A stretch of 64,000 bases of DNA from an uncultured Christensenella sp. (GTDB lineage: Bacteria; Bacillota; Clostridia; Christensenellales; UBA1242): contig CASESH010000002.1 of NCBI GenBank assembly GCA_949290565.1, positions 928-64,927 on the forward strand. The letters run 5' to 3'. The notes under the pieces are model-generated. The model searched no databases, was not told the DNA's origin, and saw nothing but the letters and a program-made list of their open reading frames with translations. Positions 51,462 through 60,970 of this stretch are shown here, one piece after another. A program made the translations under genes and the position numbers. Numbering within the stretch: position 1 is the stretch's first letter; each line of letters starts with the position of its first letter.

Positions 51462-52190
51462 TTAGATAAAGAAGATAAAAGAAGAAATTATAATTTGCGC
51501 TAGATAATAAAAGGCGTGATTTATTATAATTAAAGTTTTATCTTTTTCTTTATCTCCAAAGTATTGCAAAGAGAGAATTAAGTCAGAAATTAAAAACATA
51601 ACAAATCCAATTGCTAAAATATAGGTTGGAATCGTTGTTATTATAAATGATGAGTAAATCGCAAGAATGGTTGTAAATATTAAAATAAAAGAATAAATAT
51701 TAACTAAAATAGTAAAATTTTCATAGTTTAGTTTAAGAAGTTTTTTAGAAACAAAATAAATAATTATGGCTAGTATAATTGACGAAATAAAAATAATAAA
51801 AACAGGAATCAAATGATATTTTAGTAAACTTTCATAAGGAGAGGCAATCAAGAATATACCTGCAATATAGAATAAATGACCTATTAAAAAAGAAGTTATT
51901 CCAGCATAGAGATATTGATTTTTATGAAAGTGGTACATAACCTTTAAATCAAGAATTATATCTCCAATAAGTCCACACAATAAGCCAAATATAATCATTG
52001 TAATTGATAGAGATGTAAATTGATTTGAATCAGACTTATTTAAATAGAGTACAAGAGCAAGGGCTACAAAACAAAAAGAGGCAACTATTTTAGATATTAA
52101 ACCATAAGTTTCACCTTTTTTTACTCTCAAACATATAAAAACACAGGATGTAATTAAACACAAAATTATACCACTTATTAAATAAATCAT
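51462..52190 (-). CDS. YhhN/lysoplasmalogenase family membrane protein
   Basis: SKIVAS, GLIGDIIL, FLIGH, FLISD and YYLAQ. Confidence 0.85.
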   Translation of the reverse strand: MIYLISGIILCLITSCVFICLRVKKGETYGLISKIVASFCFVALALVLYLNKSDSNQFTSLSITMIIFGLLCGLIGDIILDLKVMYHFHKNQYLYAGITSFLIGHLFYIAGIFLIASPYESLLKYHLIPVFIIFISSIILAIIIYFVSKKLLKLNYENFTILVNIYSFILIFTTILAIYSSFIITTIPTYILAIGFVMFLISDLILSLQYFGDKEKDKTLIIINHAFYYLAQIIISSFIFFI

Positions 52191-52277
52191 CTTTTACCCC
52201 TTTTTTATAAATATACTAATTATAAAGTTTTTAGTAAAAAAATCAAAACATTATTAACAATTTTAAAAGGAAAAGTT

Positions 52278-53255
52278 ATGAAAAAAATTAAAGTTGCTAT
52301 TTTAGGTTATGGAAATTTAGGAAAGAGTCTAGAAGAATTAATTTTGAAAAACGAACTTTTTGAATTAATTGGAATTTTTTCAAAAAGAAGAAATTTAAAA
52401 AGTAAATTTAATACTTCAATTTTTAATCTTAACAATTTACAAATCTATTCAAATAAAATTGACATTGTTTTTGTTTGTCAAGGTAGTTATAATGGTGTAG
52501 AAAATTTAAGTTATAAACTAATTGAAAACTTTAATTTTGTTGATAGTTTTGATACTCATAAAAAACTAAAAAATTATATAAAAAGGTTAGATAAAAAGTC
52601 AAAAGTTTATGGAAAAGTTTGTCTCTGTGCCTTTGGTTGGGACCCGGGTTTATTAAGTTTATTTAGATTGTTATTTTATGCTATTTCTGGTGAAAAAATC
52701 TTTTCAAACTGTTTTTGGGGAGAGGGAGTTAGTCAAGGACATAGTAACGCAATTAGACAAATTAAAGGCGTTAAAAATGCGATACAATATACCGTTCCAA
52801 TTACCAAACAAATCGAAAAGTGTAGAAAAGAATTTAATTTTTTTCCATCCGAATTTGAAAAACATTTAAGAATTTGTTATGTTTCTACTTTTGATTTTGC
52901 AAATAAAATACAAATTGAAAATGAAATAAAAAATATGAAAAATTATTTTCAAGGATATGAAACTGTCGTTCATTTTGTAAATGATGAAGAGGTTGTCAAA
53001 AGACAAAAATCACTATCTCATAGAGGGCTAGTGATTTCAAATTATAAAATTTTAGATAAATACAATACTAAATTGGAATTTAGTTTAGATATACAAAGCA
53101 ATCCCTATTTTACGGCACAAGTTATGATTATGGGAGCAATGGCTGTTAGTTATTTAGTTAAAGAAAAAAAATTTGGTGCATATTCCATTTTTGATTTGCC
53201 AACAAAATACTTTGTTAATTTTACAAAAAAAGATTTGAATGGTTTTTTATTGTAA
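52278..53255 (+). CDS. ddh: meso-diaminopimelate D-dehydrogenase
   Basis: GYGNLG, VDSFDTH, GWDPG, FWGEGVSQGHS and SNPYFT. Confidence 0.93.
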   Translation: MKKIKVAILGYGNLGKSLEELILKNELFELIGIFSKRRNLKSKFNTSIFNLNNLQIYSNKIDIVFVCQGSYNGVENLSYKLIENFNFVDSFDTHKKLKNYIKRLDKKSKVYGKVCLCAFGWDPGLLSLFRLLFYAISGEKIFSNCFWGEGVSQGHSNAIRQIKGVKNAIQYTVPITKQIEKCRKEFNFFPSEFEKHLRICYVSTFDFANKIQIENEIKNMKNYFQGYETVVHFVNDEEVVKRQKSLSHRGLVISNYKILDKYNTKLEFSLDIQSNPYFTAQVMIMGAMAVSYLVKEKKFGAYSIFDLPTKYFVNFTKKDLNGFLL

Positions 53256-53265
53256 TTTTAGTAGA

Positions 53266-53343
53266 GGGAATTTGTCGCAAAATTTTAGAAAAATTTTGAA
53301 AAATCTTTGATTTTTAGCAAGTTACACTTGCCGACAAATTCCC
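53266..53343. repeat. four-way-junction palindromic element E7
   Basis: Outer GGGAATTTGTCG/CGACAAATTCCC; hairpins CAAAATTTT/AAAATTTTG, AAAAATC/GATTTTT, GCAAGT/ACTTGC. Confidence 0.9.
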
Positions 53344-53378
53344 CGTATAAAAACAGTTAAAAAATTTAATTATTTTAT

Positions 53379-56021
53379 TTAGTTTTTATTTTGAGAAACT
53401 TTAAAAATTTCACAAATTGGTATTATTAAGAAAGATAGGGTAAAAACGGTAATCCACTGCAATATTGAAAGAGGAGCCATTCCAAGAATTTGTGAAAGAG
53501 GTGGAATGAAAGATATAAGAACAAACAAACCGATTTCAATTAAAAAGGCAATATTAATAAATTTATTTTTAAAAGGACTATCTTCAAAAATACTCTTGTT
53601 AGAATGAACATTATACATATGAAATAATTGTATAAAATTTAATGTTAAGAAAGCCATAGTAGATGCAATTTCTTTTGAATTAAAAACAAATATACCAATC
53701 AAGAAAGTGATAATTACAATTAAAGCCTGGGCAATTCCTTGATAAACAATATCAAAACCAACCCTACCTCCAACAATGCTTTCTTTTGGGTTTCTAGGAG
53801 GAACATTCATAATATCTTTTTCGCCTTTATCAATTCCAAGAGCGATTGAAGGGAAGGTATCGGTAATTAAATTAATAAAGAGTATTTGGACGGCACTTAA
53901 AAAAGCAAATTGAGGGAAGAATAAAGTAATTAAAAAAATTGCAAGAACTTCGGCAATATTACAACTAAGCAAGAATTGTATAGTTTTTTTAATATTAGCA
54001 AAGACTTTTCTGCCTTCTTCAACAGCGACAACAATAGTTGCAAAGTTGTCATCACTTAGAATCATATTAGAGACTCTTTTTGTAACATCTGTTCCAGAAT
54101 TTCCCATACCGATACCGATGTCGGCACATTTAATACTAGGAGCATCATTAACTCCATCGCCGGTCATAGCGACAATTTTTCCGTTTGCTTGAAGTGCCTT
54201 TATTATTCTTACTTTATGTTCAGGACTGACGCGAGTAAAAACATTATATTTATTTATTTCTTTTGCAAGTTCTTTATCGCTAAATTTATCTAAAAAACTA
54301 CCATTAACGACTTGTTCAGGAGAAGTAACCATATTGAGTTGCTTTGCGATAGCATAAGCGGTGTCCTTGTGGTCTCCCGTAATCATCACAGTTCTAATAC
54401 CAGCAGTTTTACATTTTTTTAGTGCAGAATATACCTCTATTCTAGGTGGGTCAATCATTCCACAAAGTCCAATAAAAACAAGTTTGTCTTCGGTAATCTT
54501 TTCTTTATATTCATAAGAATTTGTAACTTTTTCTAGTCTTTTAGTGGCAAATCCCAAAACTCTTAAAGCTTTATTACACATTATATTGTTTTGTTTTTTT
54601 ATTCGCTGTTTATCAAATTGAGTTAAAAGTTTAATTTGGTTATTTTCTAAACAAAATTCACACTTTTCTAACAACTCATCAATCGCACCTTTTGTATACT
54701 GAATATAATAACCATCAATTAAATTTACAGTTGTCATAAGTTTTCTGCAAGAGTCAAATGGAATTTCTCCAACTCGTTTATACTCTTTTTCCATTTTATC
54801 TTTATCAAAGCCATTTAAAGTGGAATACCTAATTAAAGCACTCTCTGTTGGATCGCCAATAAAATCATCATTTTGTCTTTTTGCATCATTGCACAAGTTC
54901 ATACATCTAAATAGTTCTAAATTTTCTTGATTTGGGGTGTTAACTTTGTTAGAAAAAGATTTATTATTTACAAAAATTTCTTGGACTGTCATTTTATTTT
55001 GAGTAATGGTTCCTGTTTTGTCTGAACATATAACCTGACAACAACCAAGCGTTTCAACGGCGTGAAGTTTTTTAATAATAGCATTCTTTTTTGCAAGTTT
55101 AGTAACTCCAATTGACAATATAATTGTTACGACTGCTGGTAAACTTTCGGGAATTGCAGCAACGGCGATTGCCACTGCCGTTAGGAATGAGTCTATGTAA
55201 CCTTGATGGGCAAAAATAACATCAACTAAGAAAATAATTATTGCGATTGCAAGAACAATAAATGTAATTATTTCACCAAGTTTATTAAGGTTTTTTTGAA
55301 GTGGAGTGCTTTCATCTTTGTCTTGGTTAAGCATAGTGGCAATTTTTCCGATTTCTGCATTGTGTCCGGTTGCTACAACTACGGCTTTTGCCCTGCCATA
55401 AACAACTATGGTAGAAGAAAAGCACATATTTTTTCTATCCCCTAAATTTGTTTTTGAAGGTAAAACAATATTGGAAAATTTTTCAACTGCAAGACTCTCT
55501 CCTGTTAAAGAAGATTCATCACATTTTAGACTAGAACTTTCAATAAGCAAAACGTCTGCGGGTACTACATCTCCTGCTTCTAATAAAATAATATCTCCAA
55601 CAACTAAGTCGCTAGTTTTTATATTTTTTTGTTGGTTATCTCTAATTACTTTTGAATAAGGTTGAGAAAGTTTTTTAAGGCTTTCTAGGGCGTTTTCTGC
55701 TTTTATTTCTTGAATAAAACTTAAAGTTGCATTTATAAGAACGATTATAAAAATAATAATAGCGTCGATTAATTCAGTTGAACTATTTTGTACTATGGCA
55801 AATATGAGTGAAATAATAGAGGCGCAAATCAAAATAATTACCATAATATCTTTAAATTGCGAGAAAAACTTTACAAAATAATTAGTTTTTTTATTTTCCT
55901 GCAACTGATTATAACCATTTTGCTTTAATCTTTTTAGTGCTTCTTGTTCAGTTAAACCATTTAAAGATGATTGTGTTTCTTTTAATGTTTCTAAAATTGT
56001 TTTTGAATGAAAGTTACTCAT
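53379..56021 (-). CDS. P2A-type (Ca2+-translocating) P-type ATPase
   Basis: TGES, AIPESLP, CSDKTGT, KGA, MIDPPR, TGDGVND and INLITD. Confidence 0.95.
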   Translation of the reverse strand: MSNFHSKTILETLKETQSSLNGLTEQEALKRLKQNGYNQLQENKKTNYFVKFFSQFKDIMVIILICASIISLIFAIVQNSSTELIDAIIIFIIVLINATLSFIQEIKAENALESLKKLSQPYSKVIRDNQQKNIKTSDLVVGDIILLEAGDVVPADVLLIESSSLKCDESSLTGESLAVEKFSNIVLPSKTNLGDRKNMCFSSTIVVYGRAKAVVVATGHNAEIGKIATMLNQDKDESTPLQKNLNKLGEIITFIVLAIAIIIFLVDVIFAHQGYIDSFLTAVAIAVAAIPESLPAVVTIILSIGVTKLAKKNAIIKKLHAVETLGCCQVICSDKTGTITQNKMTVQEIFVNNKSFSNKVNTPNQENLELFRCMNLCNDAKRQNDDFIGDPTESALIRYSTLNGFDKDKMEKEYKRVGEIPFDSCRKLMTTVNLIDGYYIQYTKGAIDELLEKCEFCLENNQIKLLTQFDKQRIKKQNNIMCNKALRVLGFATKRLEKVTNSYEYKEKITEDKLVFIGLCGMIDPPRIEVYSALKKCKTAGIRTVMITGDHKDTAYAIAKQLNMVTSPEQVVNGSFLDKFSDKELAKEINKYNVFTRVSPEHKVRIIKALQANGKIVAMTGDGVNDAPSIKCADIGIGMGNSGTDVTKRVSNMILSDDNFATIVVAVEEGRKVFANIKKTIQFLLSCNIAEVLAIFLITLFFPQFAFLSAVQILFINLITDTFPSIALGIDKGEKDIMNVPPRNPKESIVGGRVGFDIVYQGIAQALIVIITFLIGIFVFNSKEIASTMAFLTLNFIQLFHMYNVHSNKSIFEDSPFKNKFINIAFLIEIGLFVLISFIPPLSQILGMAPLSILQWITVFTLSFLIIPICEIFKVSQNKN

Positions 56022-56211
56022 AAAAGCCCCTTAACAAATTTAATTGGAATAGTGTCCTATTTATTAATTAATATTTATGAGTTTTTCTTGTTATGCTAAA
56101 ATATTTTTATTAAAACATTACTAAAATTAATATAAAGTTGACAATATTTTATTAATATTCAATAATATAATGTACTAATTTAGTTTAATAGTTTTTTTAA
56201 AAGGTCTAGTT

Positions 56212-57687
56212 ATGAAAAAAGAGTTTAATCTTCCAAAAAATACTTTTTTAATTATTCTCTTTGTGCTTTTTAGCGCCCTGTTATCCTCTTTATTTTTTGA
56301 TTATTATAAGGCAGGAGCAAGTAGTAATTTAATTAATTCTTATTCTCAGTCGGCAAGTGAAGGTTTAAATTTATTGTCTAGTTTGCCAACCGAGATAACT
56401 AGATACCGAGCAGGAAACGGAAGTATAACTTTTTATCCTTCTATTGAAGTCAAAGATTATGATGAAAATTTAAATTATGTTCCACCAGAAGTTAACAACT
56501 ATGAACCAACGGCTGTACTGTTATTGGAAAATGCTCAAATTAATGCCAATACTCAAATTACACATAATTATATAAATTATTTTGTAGGCATTGCCATTAG
56601 TGAAAAAGTACAAATTGTTTTAAAGGGTAATAACTATATTAACTTAAATGAAAATCAAGATACAGTTGGTATTTTTGCACTTAATTCAAACACTTCAATC
56701 TCAAACTATTATAATATTTTAAATGCAAAAGAACCTCACCCTGTTTTATTTGGTTTAGATTTAGAAAACATACAAACTAAAAATCAAGATGAAATTGAAG
56801 ATAGTTATTTAAATATTAAAATAAGTTCAGGGGCAGACATTAATTTAGTAAATGGGATGACTGTACTTGGAGACATTAGTTTAAAGCAACTTGAAGATGA
56901 GTTTGGAGAAAGCGACGAAAATCAAGATGGCCCTAAATTTAAAGATAGAGGAAACTTAAATATTAATAGCGGAACTATTTATATAGATTTAAATGATAGA
57001 ATCAATTCAACAGGTATTTTTGTACACAATGTAATTAATATTGGAAATTGCAAAGTAAATGTTAATGGTGGTAGAGATTGTATTTTTTCTATGTATGAAA
57101 GAATTAATATAAATGATGGAGATCATTCTTTAAAAAATTTTTTAGAAAATGGTTTACTAACTTATAATGGTAACATTTATATCAATAACGGAGTTATAAA
57201 TATAGAAAATCTTGCTAGTAATAGTATTAATTTTGTTAAAGGCGTATGTGTTGATTATAATGAGCTAGATGAAGATAGAAAAACTTATTCTTTTGTTTTA
57301 AATGGTGGAAAAATTGATATAAAAATCAATTCTTACAATGAAGGAAATGCCATTTACAGTGAACAAATAATACTTAAAACAGGAGATATTAATTGTAGCG
57401 TTAATGCTCCGGGTGAAGTAAACTATGTTTTTTCTAATCAACCAGACATTGTAACTATTGGGGCTGAAATTTTTGGTTGTTTAGAAAGCGATGGGAATGA
57501 ACTTATTAATTATAATTCAAATGATTATCAAGAGTATAAGTTTTTTAGTTTTATTAGAATAGAAACGCCAGCCGATGAAATGGATAATGTTACATTAATT
57601 GTAATGATTGTTTCTTTTGTAATTTTTACGGCATTTTTATTAACGATTTATTTTGTTCAAAAAAATATAAAAAGTAAAAATAAATAA
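56212..57687 (+). CDS. surface protein with beta-helix-like repeats and C-terminal TM anchor
   Basis: Signal peptide, repeated I-x-I-N-x-G motifs, TM plus basic tail. Confidence 0.7.
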   Translation: MKKEFNLPKNTFLIILFVLFSALLSSLFFDYYKAGASSNLINSYSQSASEGLNLLSSLPTEITRYRAGNGSITFYPSIEVKDYDENLNYVPPEVNNYEPTAVLLLENAQINANTQITHNYINYFVGIAISEKVQIVLKGNNYINLNENQDTVGIFALNSNTSISNYYNILNAKEPHPVLFGLDLENIQTKNQDEIEDSYLNIKISSGADINLVNGMTVLGDISLKQLEDEFGESDENQDGPKFKDRGNLNINSGTIYIDLNDRINSTGIFVHNVINIGNCKVNVNGGRDCIFSMYERININDGDHSLKNFLENGLLTYNGNIYINNGVINIENLASNSINFVKGVCVDYNELDEDRKTYSFVLNGGKIDIKINSYNEGNAIYSEQIILKTGDINCSVNAPGEVNYVFSNQPDIVTIGAEIFGCLESDGNELINYNSNDYQEYKFFSFIRIETPADEMDNVTLIVMIVSFVIFTAFLLTIYFVQKNIKSKNK

Positions 57688-57895
57688 TTTTAAAGGTAAA
57701 AAATAACGCTTTTATATATAGCGTTATTTTTTGTATATTTTATTTATTAAAATGAAAATAAATTATAATAAAAAAATTTAATATTTACAAAATTGAAATT
57801 TTTTTAGTGATTACTAATTTAGTCAACTAAAACAATTAAATTGTTTAACTTTTATTTTTCAGTATTTTTAAATATTAAAAATAATAATAAATTTT

Positions 57896-58942
57896 TTATC
57901 TTTGGTCAGAAACATTTGCGTTTGAATTGTTTTGCTGTAATTCAGCGACAGATGAATATGGTACTCCGGAAGTTGTTCCATTTAAAAGAGCAATATCGAT
58001 TGCGTTCTCCGGGTCGCCCCAAGAATTCCCAGAAAATTCAAATAGGGCATTATCCACCACCCAACCGCGAGTGTTGTAAACAACATTATGAGTAATGTAT
58101 CCGGTAGAATTTGGATTTAAATATCCGCTTTGTCTAAGAGAATATAAAATATTACCATCAATCCAACTATTTTGAACTCCATTTTGAGTTACAATTCCTC
58201 TATTTGTTACCCAAGTGTCTGAACTACCTGCTTGTGTTGGTCCATAAAAAATATTATTTCTAACCACATTATTAGCCCCTCCAATTTGAAGTAATTCAGT
58301 AGGGTAGGCAGTATTACTTGTAAAAGTTAAACCCTCAATTTTATTTCCCGTACCGGTTATTAGCAAGGGAACAGTATTTGCTGTTTGTAAAATTACTGCA
58401 TTAGGTTTTCCTGTAATTGTAAGATTGTTTTTTGATATATTTACTGTTGAGTCAATTGGATAAGTTCCATCATATAAAGTTATAGTTCCATTATTTGCTA
58501 CAACATTTAAGGCGTCTTCAAGGGTTGGCAAAGGATTTGATTGTGTTCCAATACCACCAATGGTATTACTTCTTACATATACAGAATAGGGATTCAAAAC
58601 ATTATTTGGATTTGGCCCGGTTGGCCCGGTAGCCCCAGCCAATCCTGTTGCACCTGTTGGCCCTGTTGGCCCTGTTGAACCTGCTAAACCTTGAATCCCC
58701 TGTATCCCTTGTGGACCGGTAGGGCCTGTTGACCCCGTAGGCCCTGTTGGCCCGGTAGGACCTGTTGAACCTGCGCCTGTTCCAGCAGGTCCGGTAGGTC
58801 CTGTTGGTCCTGTTGGTCCACTTAAACCATTACTTCCTCTTTCTCCACTAGGACCGGTAGGTCCCGTTGGACCGGTTGGACCATTCACTAATTTTTCTAT
58901 GAAGATTTTCTTTTTATTAAAACATTTATTATTACAGTTCAT
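57896..58942 (-). CDS. collagen-like (BclA-type) exosporium protein with C-terminal beta-helix domain
   Basis: About 30 GXY triplets (mostly GPT) at about 58612-58882; Cys-containing N-terminus; [10 protein letters not shown]...GTY parallel beta-helix start. Confidence 0.85.
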   Translation of the reverse strand: MNCNNKCFNKKKIFIEKLVNGPTGPTGPTGPSGERGSNGLSGPTGPTGPTGPAGTGAGSTGPTGPTGPTGSTGPTGPQGIQGIQGLAGSTGPTGPTGATGLAGATGPTGPNPNNVLNPYSVYVRSNTIGGIGTQSNPLPTLEDALNVVANNGTITLYDGTYPIDSTVNISKNNLTITGKPNAVILQTANTVPLLITGTGNKIEGLTFTSNTAYPTELLQIGGANNVVRNNIFYGPTQAGSSDTWVTNRGIVTQNGVQNSWIDGNILYSLRQSGYLNPNSTGYITHNVVYNTRGWVVDNALFEFSGNSWGDPENAIDIALLNGTTSGVPYSSVAELQQNNSNANVSDQR

Positions 58943-58965
58943 TATTTCTCCAAAACTTTATAAAA

Positions 58966-58994
58966 TATTTTATGCGGATAAAAGATAACTTGTT
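58966..58994 (-). promoter_or_regulatory. sigma-K promoter of the collagen-like gene
   Basis: AACA-N16-CATAAAATA, a full match to mACm-N16-CATAnnnTA. Confidence 0.7.
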
Positions 58995-59076
58995 ATTTTA
59001 TAAATTATAAATAAAAAAAAAGACTGTTATAGATTATTCTTTCAGTTAATTAACAGTCTTTTTTGTTTATTATTTT

Positions 59077-59538
59077 TTAGTTTTTATATACTAAAACAGT
59101 TCCATCTTCTTTGACTTCAATTTTATCTCCACTCTCTACCTGTTTTAAAAATTTGCTACCTAGTTTATCAATTGCAATTATATTGCTATTTTCCCAATTT
59201 CGAGCAAGAATAATTCCAGAACAAGCAAGAGAATCTATTTCTTGTGAAAAAAGCATTGCAGATGGGTTAATTCCCATTGAACAAATTGTTTGAATTACAA
59301 GTCCACCTGTTGTTGAACCAATAGTTTGAGGTAGGCATAAAATTTTACCGGTTAAGTTTTTCTTATATAAATCTGGATTATTTTGGTCAGAACTATAAAC
59401 TTGTTTTGCATTCTTTAAAGCACTTTTTTGAAATGTTGCAAGTGTATTTACTCCTTGTTTTGAAACAATAGCCTCACCGACAAGATTTCCTTTTGCTATA
59501 ACTCTACCTTTAAATTTTAAGATTTTTTTATCTTCCAT
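59077..59538 (-). CDS. aconitase X small (swivel, DUF126) subunit
   Basis: FKGRVIAKGNLVGEAIVS and GKILCLPQTIGST; start after AGGAGG. Confidence 0.85.
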   Translation of the reverse strand: MEDKKILKFKGRVIAKGNLVGEAIVSKQGVNTLATFQKSALKNAKQVYSSDQNNPDLYKKNLTGKILCLPQTIGSTTGGLVIQTICSMGINPSAMLFSQEIDSLACSGIILARNWENSNIIAIDKLGSKFLKQVESGDKIEVKEDGTVLVYKN

Positions 59539-59539
59539 T

Positions 59540-60817
59540 TTATCTAACCTCCTTACCACAAACGATTTTTAATAAGTCCTCATCTTTATAGTACCTAGAT
59601 GAAGAATAAGTTCTTAGTTTATTTGAACAAGTAATTATAGGTTTTTTCCCGGCAATTGGGTTATTTGTGTACATCAAAGGACAAATGCAAGAAACCTTAG
59701 CACCCGTTTTCATAAAATCTTTATATTCCTGGGTTTGTGTAAACTTTTCTTTAATTTGAGGGCTTGTGGTTAGGATTGTTCTAACTGCTACTCTTTTTCT
59801 ATTGTTTTCTTTTAAACCGTTAACAATATTTTTTGACCATTCAACAAGTTGAGAATAACTTAGATGAGGACAACCTATAAAGCATAATTGTGGTTTAGAG
59901 TCCTTGTCTTTCCAAAGGATAGGATAACTTTTATAAATTCTTTCAAGTTCTTTATCGTCAATTACATATTTTTTTGCGTTTTCTTTTATTAGTTTTTTAC
60001 CAAGTTTTTTAGCCTCAGGAGTTAACTTGTCAATGTGATATAAACCTACGGCACCATTTGATGCGCACGCTGCTCCAAAATCTTTTAAATAACTTTTTGT
60101 TTCATCATTAAGTTCCTTTCCTAAGAATTTGTCTAAACCTATTACGTAAGGAACATCTTCCATAACTTTTAGTCCAATAGCACTTCCTAATATTTGAGGT
60201 AGTGGTTTTTTTGTTGTCTTTACTTCTATAATCCAATCTGCTTTTCTACCTTCGTTAGTGAGCAATCCAAAATATGGGACTTTACCTATTATACAACCAA
60301 ACAAATCTAACATTCCACTATTTCTATTGCATCTTGCTCCTAGGACAGAATTTGCATAGACGACTGCTGAACTTTCAGCCCAAGATAGAATATCTCCATA
60401 TTTAGGTTGATTTCCAACTTCATCTTGATAGCAAGTGCAAGTAAAAGAATTTTCATCTCTTAGACCTATTTTCTTTAATTGTTCTTCATATCTTTTTTGT
60501 TGACTATACATAATTTTACTAAAAACCAATTTGTTTAGTAAATTGCACTTTACATTGCTATAATCAATAGGTCTAGGGTCAACTGTAAATTTAACACTTG
60601 ATTTAATTCCTGCATTAATAATTTCATCCATAATTCTAAATAATGGTTTAATAAGCCCTATTCCAAAAGATGTAACAAGATGTCCATCGTGAGTAATTTT
60701 TACTAACTTTTCAGCCCCAAATACGTCTCCAAATTCAACTAAGGTTTTTAGAATTTTTGCTTTAACAGGTCCTTGCTTTCCTTCTAAAATTTTCTTTTCT
60801 TCTAGTGTAAGTTTCAT
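59540..60817 (-). CDS. aconitase X catalytic (DUF521) subunit
   Basis: MKLTLEEKKILEG, TCTCY, WAESSAVVYANSVLGARCNR, GAVGLYH and IGCPH. Confidence 0.9.
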   Translation of the reverse strand: MKLTLEEKKILEGKQGPVKAKILKTLVEFGDVFGAEKLVKITHDGHLVTSFGIGLIKPLFRIMDEIINAGIKSSVKFTVDPRPIDYSNVKCNLLNKLVFSKIMYSQQKRYEEQLKKIGLRDENSFTCTCYQDEVGNQPKYGDILSWAESSAVVYANSVLGARCNRNSGMLDLFGCIIGKVPYFGLLTNEGRKADWIIEVKTTKKPLPQILGSAIGLKVMEDVPYVIGLDKFLGKELNDETKSYLKDFGAACASNGAVGLYHIDKLTPEAKKLGKKLIKENAKKYVIDDKELERIYKSYPILWKDKDSKPQLCFIGCPHLSYSQLVEWSKNIVNGLKENNRKRVAVRTILTTSPQIKEKFTQTQEYKDFMKTGAKVSCICPLMYTNNPIAGKKPIITCSNKLRTYSSSRYYKDEDLLKIVCGKEVR

Positions 60818-60970
60818 TTGTATCTCCTTTTTTAAACTAAAAAAATTCTATCACTTTTAACTAATTTTAACAAATTTTTTAACTTATTTTTTTAAATTTT
60901 TTTTTATTTTTAAAAAGTTTTACAAAAACTAATTTTATATGATAACATTATTTAAAGAGAGCGAGGAATT

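Noticed and set aside
3520-53343. Junction elements as tRNA genes or pseudogenes, T-boxes, CRISPR repeats or attC sites
   Set aside because: No TTC T-loop, 7-nt anticodon loop or CCA; no T-box consensus; not arrayed with spacers; no RYYYAAC/GTTRRRY ends and no integrase.
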